A stretch of DNA of 32,000 bases from Candidatus Thorarchaeota archaeon (GCA_003345555.1 PRDJ01000010.1:60001-92000), one strand, 5' to 3'. Positions 16,715 to 25,415 are shown, numbered from the stretch's first letter. The notes: generated from the letters alone by a model not told the origin. Numbers and translations: made by a program.

Positions 16715-18748
16715 ATGAAGTCCCTGAAACACAACGGTATTTACGTCATTCACCCCCCAGAAACCCATGGTCTCGCGATTCGTGCTCGTGGCAGAGAGCT
16801 GACCTTGAATGCGCTTCAAGAAGAGATGGCGGTAGCTTGGGTGAAGAAGCTCGGCACGCCTTACGTCGATGACCCTGTTTTCGCGAAGAACTTCCTCGCA
16901 GACTTCAGCAAGGAACTGGGTATCAAGCCTCCACTGAAGCTTGAAGAAGTCGATTTCACTCCCGTCCTGCGATTCGTCGAGAAGGATCGCCAACGAAAAA
17001 AGAACATGACGAAAGAAGAGAAGAAGGCAGACCTAGAGCGTAGGAAAGCAGAGCGAGACCGGATGAAACAGCTCTACGGCTATGCTACAGTCGATGGCGA
17101 AGCCATGGAGCTCGCGAACTACATGACAGAGCCCTCCGGCATATTTATGGGGCGAGGACAGCACCCCCTCAGAGGTCGCTGGAAGCACGGTGCTCTCGAA
17201 AAAGACATCATCCTGAACCTTGACCGGAGCGCACCGAGACCGAAGGGCGATTGGGGCGAGATTACTTGGGCGCCCGATTGTATGTGGATTGCGAGGTGGA
17301 CTGACAAGCTTACAGGCAATGGAAAGTACATCTGGCTTCACGATTCGACCCCGATAAAGCAGGAACGAGAAGAGGCGAAATTCGACAAGGCCCTCAAGAT
17401 GGAAGCCAAAAGAGAAGAAATCCGTGCTCACATAATGGATGGTCTCCACTCCAATGATCCGAAGCGCAGAGAAGTCGCTGCTGCATGTTATCTGATTGAC
17501 AGGCTAAGCCTGCGAGTCGGGGATGAAAAAGACCCTGACGAAGCCGACACCGTCGGTGCCACTACGCTGAGAGCAGAGCACTTGGCATTCAAGAAAGACT
17601 CTGTCCAGTTCGACTTCTTGGGCAAAGATAGTGTTCCTTGGCACAAGGAGCTGGAGATGCCTGTGGATGTCTACACAGTTTTCAAAGAGCTTCATGATAG
17701 AGCGGTTGAAAGAGTAGATTCCTTCAAAGCCCGTGGGAGCAGCAAGACTGGCGGAGACCCAAAGAAGGCAGCTCAGGTATTTTCGCGTGTGCGTAGCACT
17801 GATGTTAACAAGTTCCTTGGCGAGATAGACCCGGACTTGACAGCCAAGGTATTCCGAACACTTCGTGCTACCGTTACGATTCGGGATGAGCTTGGCAATA
17901 GTGGCATCAGACGCAGCGACATGGACTTCATCAAGCGGACAGCATTCAAGAGGGCAAACCTTGAGGTTGCTCGGGTAATGAACCATACGAAGCAGGCCCC
18001 GAAGGGCTGGGCTGCGACAGCGAAACGCTACGAATCAAGGATCAAGGCCGCCGAAGAACGAGTTGCCAAAGCAAAGAAGCAGCTTGACGAGAAGAAACGC
18101 CGGCTTGCTGATGTGAAAAGAAAGCAGGCACCGGGACTTGCGAGAGCTGAGGAGCTTGTCACGAGACAGAAACAACTGGTCGAGAAATACAAAGACTCTG
18201 TCTCTCGGTGGAGAGAGCGGCGCGACAAGGCAAAGGTTGCTTGGGACAACGCTCGAGACGATAGACAACGTACAAGAGTGAGTAACCGAAAGCGAAAGAG
18301 AACCAAGAAGGAGCGACTTGAGGAAGTGGGAGACCGGGTGGACAATCTGAAGCTCAGGCTGGACAAAGCCGAAGAAGGTCTCGTGAAGGCACGTGAACGC
18401 TACGAGAAGAGCAAGGCTGCCCTAGAGAAGAAGGTGGCTGCGCTTGCTTCATCCAAGCAGAAGTCGGCGGAGCAGATTGGCCGAGTCGAGAAGATCGTGA
18501 ACACCATCAAGGAGCGAGTCAAGAGGGCTGATGCTGCAAGACAGAAACTGCAGGATGACTACCATATCGCAAAGGACACACGGACATGGAACTTGGGTAC
18601 GTCCCTCAAATCCTACATCCATCCTCGAGTAGTGTATGACTGGTGCAGAAAGGTGGATATGGACTGGCGGTCTGTCTATTCAAAGACGCTCCAAAGGAAG
18701 TTCACTTGGGTAGAGCAGCCTCGCTCTGCATCACCCCTGGGGCAATGA
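16715..18748 (+). CDS. DNA topoisomerase IB (eukaryote-like Top1) with very long coiled-coil linker
   Basis: FMGRGQHPLRG, WHD-like WLHDS, LRVGDEK, FLGKDS, KVFRT, MNH and GTSLKSYIHPR (catalytic Tyr634) motifs. Confidence 0.95.
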   Translation: MKSLKHNGIYVIHPPETHGLAIRARGRELTLNALQEEMAVAWVKKLGTPYVDDPVFAKNFLADFSKELGIKPPLKLEEVDFTPVLRFVEKDRQRKKNMTKEEKKADLERRKAERDRMKQLYGYATVDGEAMELANYMTEPSGIFMGRGQHPLRGRWKHGALEKDIILNLDRSAPRPKGDWGEITWAPDCMWIARWTDKLTGNGKYIWLHDSTPIKQEREEAKFDKALKMEAKREEIRAHIMDGLHSNDPKRREVAAACYLIDRLSLRVGDEKDPDEADTVGATTLRAEHLAFKKDSVQFDFLGKDSVPWHKELEMPVDVYTVFKELHDRAVERVDSFKARGSSKTGGDPKKAAQVFSRVRSTDVNKFLGEIDPDLTAKVFRTLRATVTIRDELGNSGIRRSDMDFIKRTAFKRANLEVARVMNHTKQAPKGWAATAKRYESRIKAAEERVAKAKKQLDEKKRRLADVKRKQAPGLARAEELVTRQKQLVEKYKDSVSRWRERRDKAKVAWDNARDDRQRTRVSNRKRKRTKKERLEEVGDRVDNLKLRLDKAEEGLVKARERYEKSKAALEKKVAALASSKQKSAEQIGRVEKIVNTIKERVKRADAARQKLQDDYHIAKDTRTWNLGTSLKSYIHPRVVYDWCRKVDMDWRSVYSKTLQRKFTWVEQPRSASPLGQ

Positions 18749-18915
18749 TGGGCTGGCTCATGTCCGGAATCCGGCTGGCTTGTTGGTCTTGCTGTCTCCT
18801 GAACGAAGCCCATACTGAGAATCTGGAAGCTTCATTACGGTCCGACTCCACGTATAACTGACAGAGTCTGTACTGTCTAGTCTTTATTATGGCTCTGGCT
18901 GTGAGAGTCTGTATC

Positions 18916-19068
18916 ATGCTGAAAGAAGAATGCCCGTATTGCGGAGGCAGACTCATAGAGAAGCACGAGGAAACTAAGGTCGAAAATGGCAAAACAGTTG
19001 TCTTCGTGCACTTCCGCTGTGTGAAATGCGGAAAATGGACAAGGCGGGAACGGATACATCCACCTTGA
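18916..19068 (+). CDS. 50-aa CPxCG-type zinc-ribbon microprotein (absent from the ORF track)
   Basis: MLKEECPYCGGRLIEKHEETKVENGKTVVFVHFRCVKCGKWTRRERIHPP; TATA-like TTTATTA at about 18883; fills the gap between two convergent genes. Confidence 0.7.
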   Translation: MLKEECPYCGGRLIEKHEETKVENGKTVVFVHFRCVKCGKWTRRERIHPP

Positions 19069-19123
19069 CACTGGAAGAGGTCATCTGGCTCGGCTCTCCT
19101 GAGATACGAAATGAGAAGCGGTG

Positions 19124-19828
19124 CTACAGCTTCACCTCTAGTGACTTTCCCGTGTTTCCCGCAAAGACTGAGAGTCTCGAACCAACACGAACCATTGCAA
19201 TGCCGCCAAGGTAAGGCTCGCGGTCGGTCACGACAAGCGGCCTCCCGAGAAGAAATCTCTTGAGGGACATCAGGGAGAGATCGTGAGTGATGTGGATATG
19301 CATCACCGGGTCCGTTGTCGCTATGAGCCGCGATACAGTATCTGAGCACAGTCTTGACTGAAAACTGCCAAACGACTCTATGCCATTACCGAAGAGACCA
19401 CTTGCCCACTTGTTGACGAACTCAGTGACATTCCTTCCATCGGGCTGGAGATTCTCCCATATCTTCTCCTCTGAATACTCTGGCGAGAACAGTGTGTCGA
19501 GAGATTCAATCCCGAGTACTCTCCCGCCTGCATCGTTGAATCCCTTCGCGATGAAGTCGGCAGTCTCTGAACACCTGGGCACGAAGCTCGTGAAGATATG
19601 AGCCGGTCTCTTTACCCTGAGCCGGCGTCCCATCTCAAACGAGGTCTTCCTACCAAGCTCTGTAAGCCCTCCTGAGAGCATCTCTGCATAGTCGGCGAGC
19701 GTGGTGCGATGCGAGTGCCTCACTACAAGAGCAATGGGTGTCCCTGGGTCCATGGAGTTGGTCCACTTGACCAAAGCTCTCGCACTAGATAACCAATCAA
19801 TCGAGTCCCAGTCCATCGATTCTGACAA
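19124..19828 (-). CDS. Histidine phosphatase (phosphoglycerate mutase-like) family protein
   Basis: LVVRHS, GLTELG, SFVPRCSETA and ITHD motifs. Confidence 0.85.
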   Translation of the reverse strand: MSESMDWDSIDWLSSARALVKWTNSMDPGTPIALVVRHSHRTTLADYAEMLSGGLTELGRKTSFEMGRRLRVKRPAHIFTSFVPRCSETADFIAKGFNDAGGRVLGIESLDTLFSPEYSEEKIWENLQPDGRNVTEFVNKWASGLFGNGIESFGSFQSRLCSDTVSRLIATTDPVMHIHITHDLSLMSLKRFLLGRPLVVTDREPYLGGIAMVRVGSRLSVFAGNTGKSLEVKL

Positions 19829-19997
19829 GTTCGTTCACTGTCACCCTAGGAAGTCTCTCTGTTTGACTCACTAGTGTCTTTTCAGCCTTTCAGGGCTATC
19901 GAGCCAAACCAATTCCTTTCAGACTTGAATAGAAGGATGGCGAAGACCGGCAGGTGACTCCCCGTTTGGTTCAGTCTACCGTGAAGAGAATGAGAAA

Positions 19998-20120
19998 TGG
20001 TGCGACCACCGGGACTCGAACCCGGGCCGGATCCGTGGCAGGGATCCATCATAGCCCCTTAGTCAATCGTTAGCTGCCAATTTGGCTGTCTTCATGCTAG
20101 CGATTCTAGACAATGGTCGC
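19998..20120 (-). tRNA. tRNA-Gly(GCC) with 48-nt D-loop intron at 14/15 (20059-20106), encoded CCA
   Basis: Acceptor GCGACCA/TGGTCGC, anticodon arm GATCC CT GCC AC GGATC, T arm CCGGG TTCGAGT CCCGG; intron removal restores GTCT AGGGGCTA TGAT. Confidence 0.92.
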
Positions 20121-20193
20121 AGCAGTTCAGACCGCGGTCCAGTGCGTTAAAAAGCTTGTCGAAGCACAACGCTCTCGGAGAAGAGGTTCGGCA

Positions 20194-21315
20194 GTGATAA
20201 CCGAAGTTGATCAAGGTCCACAATCGGAAGGCCCACCCTTCGCGAAGGAGCGTGCCGAGTGGATCGAGATTGCAAAGGGCATCGGCGTCACATTTGTGAT
20301 TCTTGTTCATTCCATGATTCCGGACATCAACCCGGTTACAACCCACCTCAGTAGTTTCACTATTCCCATCTTCTTCATGCTAACTGGACTGACATACGAC
20401 AATGAGAAGCACAGAAACCATCTTGGAGTGTTGGCCAAATTGCGAGCGCGTCAGCTTCTGATTCCGTACTTCTCATTGTACCTGATTATGATAGTGCTGT
20501 TCATTCCGTTGTCGTCGTATGTCGACACGTACTTGACACCGGACCAAGTCTTGTTCTGGCTCCTCTATGGGAACGGTCCCCCAAACTCCGCCAGTCATCT
20601 GTGGTTTCTTCCCGTGCTATACTTTGGACTGATGGCATTTGCCTTGGTTGACAAGATTACGTACCGTCTGTCGAGGGGCTTCAAGTGGGTCGCGCTGATA
20701 ATCCTCATGCTAGCCGCAAATACGATTTGGTCAATCTTCCGCCCAGTCCTCATTCCCTGGCGATTCAGTTCAATCCTCATCGCTGCAGCATTTGTGCTCA
20801 TCGGGAACGAGCTGCGCCAATCCAGGGGTCTGAAGGCTTTGGCAAGTCAGTCGGCTGCGAAGAACCTCGCTGGAATCTTGGCACTCACTGTCGCAGTTCT
20901 GACACTTTCTCAGCTCAATGGATTTACTGACATGGCCGTCGATAGCTATGGAGCGTGTGTCTGGCTGTATCTGGGTGCAGGAACAGCGGGCTGCCTTCTT
21001 GTGTTTCAGGTTTCGAGTCTGCTTCACAAATCCTCAGCACCAGGAAGGGGCCTTTTCGCTCTCGGCGGAGTATCCCAAGAGGCATACGAAGTTCATCCTG
21101 TGACCTTCTACTTGGTTCCGATAGTAGCGACGAACTTGGGGTTGTCGTTGACCTCAGACCCCACCGTTGGCAGTCTCTTGTGGCTAGTTCGGTTCTTGCT
21201 CGGTGTTATACTCTCATACGTGCTAGCTAGTCGTCTGATAAGAAAGAACAGCATTCTGTCGTTGATTTTCAGCGGAAGGTCTCGCAGTCAAGACTCTACA
21301 GTGCCGCAAAGATGA
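20194..21315 (+). CDS. Acyltransferase family 3 (OafA/NolL-like) multi-TM membrane protein; probable GTG start at 20194
   Basis: RAEWIEIAKGIG...VHS, IPIFFMLTG and HLWFLPVLY motifs; about 10 hydrophobic helices. Confidence 0.88.
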   Translation: MITEVDQGPQSEGPPFAKERAEWIEIAKGIGVTFVILVHSMIPDINPVTTHLSSFTIPIFFMLTGLTYDNEKHRNHLGVLAKLRARQLLIPYFSLYLIMIVLFIPLSSYVDTYLTPDQVLFWLLYGNGPPNSASHLWFLPVLYFGLMAFALVDKITYRLSRGFKWVALIILMLAANTIWSIFRPVLIPWRFSSILIAAAFVLIGNELRQSRGLKALASQSAAKNLAGILALTVAVLTLSQLNGFTDMAVDSYGACVWLYLGAGTAGCLLVFQVSSLLHKSSAPGRGLFALGGVSQEAYEVHPVTFYLVPIVATNLGLSLTSDPTVGSLLWLVRFLLGVILSYVLASRLIRKNSILSLIFSGRSRSQDSTVPQR

Positions 21316-21372
21316 GCGTTCTTGAGACTAGAGTTAAGAGATGACGGATTTCCCTTCTTTCGGGCGTCAATA

Positions 21373-22089
21373 ATGGCAGAGAGCAGGAATCTCCGCAGCC
21401 TGAAACGAGAGATAATGCGAGAAATCTATGAGAACCGAATGTTGCTGACCGCGAGACGCGATCGTCCTGAAGGTTGGAAGCTGCTATCGGGTGTGTGGAG
21501 CCCGTTCTACATTCAGCTTCGTGTTCTCAATTCCTTCCCGGCTACACTGAAGAAGGTCGCAGAGGCCATGTCTCTCATGCTAAAGAAGGAGGCTCCTCAG
21601 GTCAACAGACTTGTGGGCGTTGCATTCGCAGGAGTTCCTATAGCAACAGCTCTCTCCATAGTATCTGGCATTCCCGCGTGCCATACTCGAAAGTTCGTAG
21701 GCGTGACGACCGATGAGGAGCTGCAGAAGGCGCTGACCCAATACGGTCAGCATTCGTTGCTCGAGGGCGAAGTCCAAGAAGGCGACAGGCTCTGCTTGGT
21801 TGACGACTTGGTCACCCAACTCGATGCCAAGCTGATGGCCCGCACCCAGGTCATGTCTGAACTTGAGAAACGTGGAACCAAGAATGTGAAATGCGATGAT
21901 GTAGCAGTCCTTATCGACAGACAGCAAGGTGCAGGTGATCGAGCCAAGGTCTCGGGTATACAGCTGCACACACTAATCAAGTTCATGGACGAGGGTCTGC
22001 CGTTGATAAAGGATCTAATGCCGCCTGCAGACTACACTACAATCTCCGCATATCTTGCTGACCCGAGCAAATATCAGGGACATGTGTGA
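21373..22089 (+). CDS. pyrE: Orotate phosphoribosyltransferase-like PRTase
   Basis: WKLLSGVWSPFYIQLR, VGVAFAGVPIA, LVDDLVT and VLIDRQQG motifs. Confidence 0.78.
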   Translation: MAESRNLRSLKREIMREIYENRMLLTARRDRPEGWKLLSGVWSPFYIQLRVLNSFPATLKKVAEAMSLMLKKEAPQVNRLVGVAFAGVPIATALSIVSGIPACHTRKFVGVTTDEELQKALTQYGQHSLLEGEVQEGDRLCLVDDLVTQLDAKLMARTQVMSELEKRGTKNVKCDDVAVLIDRQQGAGDRAKVSGIQLHTLIKFMDEGLPLIKDLMPPADYTTISAYLADPSKYQGHV

Positions 22090-22585
22090 ACTCAAGAAGG
22101 ACGCAATTCAAGCGGATGCGTGGAGGCCTACTCAGACGAGCGAGAAAAAGAACCCCGTGGAGCGCATGTTGAACCTAGCGCTCGCTACGTCACTCAATCA
22201 GTATCAGTTCTATCTGGACGCATCATCCACCGTGCAGACCGACGAAATGAAGGAACTGCTGCTTTTTCTGGCAAAGTCTGAAGAAGCAATCATAGACAAG
22301 GTCGAATCTATGATGTTCACGGGAATAGTCGATGCAGTGGAAGAAGCGCGCACAATTGAAGTGGAGGAACCCGATGAGACCCCCTTCGACCTCATGCGAG
22401 CAGAAGTGGACCCTCGGTTGTTTGTGTGCAACAGAGCATTGAAGATTGCATTGAGCGCGTACACTTTCTATTTGTCAATAGCTGCGAGGGCACACTCTCC
22501 GGTGATTAGTCGTCTCTTCCAGTATCTTGTCTTTTCAAAGGCTGAGCAAATCAAGATGATTCGGTCCGTGTGCGAATCGTTCTGA
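22082..22585 (+). CDS. Ferritin-like/rubrerythrin-fold protein with degenerate metal ligands
   Basis: Duplicated helix pairs (ALATSLNQYQFY..EMKELLLFLAKSEE and ALSAYTFY..SRLFQYL); start overlaps the pyrE stop (ATGTGTGA). Confidence 0.65.
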   Translation: MCELKKDAIQADAWRPTQTSEKKNPVERMLNLALATSLNQYQFYLDASSTVQTDEMKELLLFLAKSEEAIIDKVESMMFTGIVDAVEEARTIEVEEPDETPFDLMRAEVDPRLFVCNRALKIALSAYTFYLSIAARAHSPVISRLFQYLVFSKAEQIKMIRSVCESF

Positions 22586-22693
22586 AAGCCTACGTGCACC
22601 ACCCGACATTCCCCTTGTTTGCTGTCTGTTGGAACACGTGTTCCAACAACACCCCGTCTGCGGAGTCTCGAAAAGAAAGACTGAGGAAATAGA

Positions 22694-22700
22694 TTTATAT
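22694..22700 (+). promoter_or_regulatory. TATA box upstream of the 22738 ORF
   Basis: GAAATAGA-TTTATAT in an AT-rich intergenic region. Confidence 0.5.
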
Positions 22701-22737
22701 TCATTTGTTTATTAGTCATAATGTAGTGTGTAGAAAG

Positions 22738-23205
22738 ATGGCGAAGACGGCTAATGGCTCGAAAGGCTCCACTGGAAACGGTGGGGTCCGGGTATGGAAA
22801 CCAGAGCACCGGGTTGACGTGGAGATGGACAGCGAGACCCCTGTTTTCATTCCCCCCATCCATCTTGGTAGCTATCAAGAGTTCAGGAGATTCGCGAAGG
22901 GAGCGGCACTCGTGGTCTACACGCCGGAGTACTTCCATACACCGTTCTTCGCAGACAAGAAGAAGCTGCGTAGGGTCACATTCAGTGCAGTCGGTGTCAA
23001 GATCAAGGGTGTTGCGTTGATGTTCAAGTATGTTCTTGACTACGACAACCTCCCGGACAAGTCTGGAACATGGGACGAGCAGGTAGCAGACACTGATCGA
23101 GCCATCAAGGAACTTGTGGCACGGCTTGAATCCGAGTGCGATATCGTGTGTGGAGCCATCGAGACCGAGCCTTCGTTGGGTGAGGAGCTGTTCATCCGCC
23201 CCTAG
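22738..23205 (+). CDS. Hypothetical protein
   Basis: Open frame with ATG start, its own TATA box and normal composition; no recognised motif. Confidence 0.7.
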   Translation: MAKTANGSKGSTGNGGVRVWKPEHRVDVEMDSETPVFIPPIHLGSYQEFRRFAKGAALVVYTPEYFHTPFFADKKKLRRVTFSAVGVKIKGVALMFKYVLDYDNLPDKSGTWDEQVADTDRAIKELVARLESECDIVCGAIETEPSLGEELFIRP

Positions 23206-23318
23206 TAACAGCCGTTTTCTGTCTAGCTGTCTCTGAGATATTGCGCAGGAAGAGACGTGGCAGGCCACAGACCGACAACGATATGAGGTTTTGAGCCAAC
23301 AAGTGTATGCGATAGCTT

Positions 23319-23840
23319 GTGACAGAGACCGAGCCGGCGGAAGGCGTCGTGCAGAGGATACTCAGGCAATACTCAGACCGACCCAGAGGTTGGAGGGTTC
23401 TGAGTACCCCACGGGGAGAAATGATGGTAATCGGGCCTGAGTCGGCTTTTCAGCTCAAGCTTATTCCGTTGAACCCGTTTGAGTTCACAGGAGCAGGTGT
23501 AGAGATATCAAACCAAGGCGCCGCAGTTGATGAGCTGAAGTCCGCACCCGAATTTGGATTCAGAGCTTTAAGCGAGGATGATGTGAAGCGTCTGTTTGAC
23601 GCATTGAGCAACCCCGGTAACAGCCGCTTCTCGGTGGAATCGATCATCAAGAGGGCACCAATGAGTCTCGATGATATGGATCGGGCACACGGTGGTCACT
23701 TTTTGAGCGGTCCAATCTTGACGAGACCAGATCTCGGGTCGCTTGGTCCTGACATTCTGAAGACTCAGGTTTCTTTGGACAGAGCAGCAGACGACCTGTT
23801 CCGGAAACGCTACCCCCACCGGGCCGGAATGTTCGTGTAG
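23319..23840 (+). CDS. Hypothetical protein
   Basis: 173-aa open frame filling the gap before tRNA-Val; no recognised motif. Confidence 0.7.
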   Translation: MTETEPAEGVVQRILRQYSDRPRGWRVLSTPRGEMMVIGPESAFQLKLIPLNPFEFTGAGVEISNQGAAVDELKSAPEFGFRALSEDDVKRLFDALSNPGNSRFSVESIIKRAPMSLDDMDRAHGGHFLSGPILTRPDLGSLGPDILKTQVSLDRAADDLFRKRYPHRAGMFV

Positions 23841-23896
23841 GGTCTGGCCTTAGTCGACGGTTGTAGGATAGCAGAATCTACTAGCCATATGGGATT

Positions 23897-23973
23897 TGGT
23901 GGGTCGGACGAGACTCGAACTCGTGACCACTGCACTGTCAATGCAGTATCATAGCCGCCTAGACTACCGACCC
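23897..23973 (-). tRNA. tRNA-Val(GAC), intronless, encoded CCA
   Basis: GGGTCGG/CCGACCC acceptor, D arm GTCT AGGCGGCTA TGAT, CTGCA TT GAC AG TGCAG, ACGAG TTCGAGT CTCGT. Confidence 0.92.
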
Positions 23974-24084
23974 GTTCCTGTGTCGGACGACTGCAGTCGA
24001 TTAAAAACGTTACGACATTGGATGCCTTTCTTTGACTTATGACTCAGTCTCAACGAGAGAACGGTCCTGTGATAATCGGTGATT

Positions 24085-24549
24085 TCAATGCCCGCTGCTC
24101 CCGAAACCCTTCTCTCCTCTCTCTGAAGGGGTAAGGGCTTCTGATTTCACCAGCTGCACGTCTGCCACGTGCCTGACGGCGAGCTGACAAATCCTCATTC
24201 CTTTTGTAATTCTGAACGTATCCGAACCGAGGTTCACCATTATTGACTTCACTTCGCCACGAAATCCGCTGTCGATGGTACCCGGAGCATTTAGAACAGT
24301 GACACCATATTGTAGAGCGAGTCCGCTTCTCGGTCTGATTTGTCCTTCATATCCTCGTGGTATTTCCACTGATATTCCAGTTGGCACCGCGATACGCTGT
24401 CCTGGTTGAAGGTCAATATCGATAGTAGAATAGAGATCGAAAGCCACGTCGCCTTCGTTAGCAAGAGATGGCATCTTGGCATCTGGAATCAGTAGCTTCA
24501 CGCGTACTATCACGGCTTCTTCTTTCACAGATGAGTTGTTCTTCATCAA
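24085..24549 (-). CDS. dut: Trimeric dUTP diphosphatase
   Basis: All five dUTPase motifs: AFDL, RPRSGLA, GTIDSGFRGE, RICQL, RGEKGFGSSG. Confidence 0.95.
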   Translation of the reverse strand: MMKNNSSVKEEAVIVRVKLLIPDAKMPSLANEGDVAFDLYSTIDIDLQPGQRIAVPTGISVEIPRGYEGQIRPRSGLALQYGVTVLNAPGTIDSGFRGEVKSIMVNLGSDTFRITKGMRICQLAVRHVADVQLVKSEALTPSERGEKGFGSSGH

Positions 24550-24582
24550 GAACTACTGGAACGAGCTGAATGAAAAAGGAGC

Positions 24583-24658
24583 TGGTGCAGACGGCCGGAT
24601 TTGAACCAGCGACAGCAGGATCTTCAGTCCTGCGCTCTCCCAACTAAGCTACGTCTGC
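24583..24658 (-). tRNA. tRNA-Phe(GAA), intronless, encoded CCA
   Basis: GCAGACG/CGTCTGC acceptor, CAGGA CT GAA GA TCCTG, GCTGG TTCAAAT CCGGC; 76 nt. Confidence 0.95.
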
Positions 24659-24804
24659 ACTCGCTCTTCGTAGTGTATCGTACACCACGAGTCGGGAGTA
24701 ACCGGCAAATCGTCTTTCCTCTGGTTTTTCGATATAAACATAGTGCAAGTCAGTCATAGGATTACACAACGGACAGCGGCAGTAGGGACTCTGCTGAAGT
24801 TGCT

Positions 24805-25323
24805 CTATCTGATTTTCCGATTCACATAGCTGGCAACGATTGCCGTAATGATAGCGGCAGAGTTAACGGCCAGCGGATATGTGTATAGTGAGTCCACAAA
24901 TGCCAGTCCCGCCAACCACGAGGGCAGATTCGTAATGTCAGATATTCCGAATGGCACAAAGTAGAACATCAAGAAGATTGATGTCATCAGCGCGACACCG
25001 ACAAAGACCGGCATATCCGAGGTTGACCTAGCGAACTCGGAGAGTCTGTTGATCCAGTTCAACTCGGCACGCTGTCTCTTTCTCACTTTCCTTTTTGAGA
25101 CAATATTTGCCCAGCGATACATGGCCTCGGCCATCAGAATGTATGAACCCGCAAGGACTGTCATGGCTCCGAGAGCGATGATGAATTGGAGTTCCGCACT
25201 GAGGACTTCAGCATAGGCCTGAGCGTGCCATATGACTGGCAACTGAGCCAGTCCGGCTATCCCGAGGAGCATCAGTATCAGACCCGGCTTGTTGCCACGT
25301 CTCCACCAGATTGCAAGGCTCAT
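24805..25323 (-). CDS. Hypothetical membrane protein (about 4 TM helices with a central basic loop)
   Basis: Hydrophobic segments flanking KRKVRKRQR; TATA-like TTAAAG upstream. Confidence 0.72.
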   Translation of the reverse strand: MSLAIWWRRGNKPGLILMLLGIAGLAQLPVIWHAQAYAEVLSAELQFIIALGAMTVLAGSYILMAEAMYRWANIVSKRKVRKRQRAELNWINRLSEFARSTSDMPVFVGVALMTSIFLMFYFVPFGISDITNLPSWLAGLAFVDSLYTYPLAVNSAAIITAIVASYVNRKIR

Positions 25324-25415
25324 ATTGTTCTACCAGGTGCTTGAGTAGTTGGGTTCCGCAGCCCGATGTCCACTTTAAGCTTTTGGAGGAATAGGGAAGC
25401 ATCAATGGTCTTAGG

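Noticed and set aside
16637-19997. TopoIB block between two tRNA-Gly genes as an integrated element
   Set aside because: No integrase, and I found no duplicated tRNA 3' end (att) by eye; composition matches the core genes
23935-23941. tRNA-Val anticodon loop TT-GAC-AG with G38
   Set aside because: A minor deviation in an otherwise canonical cloverleaf; not enough to infer anything
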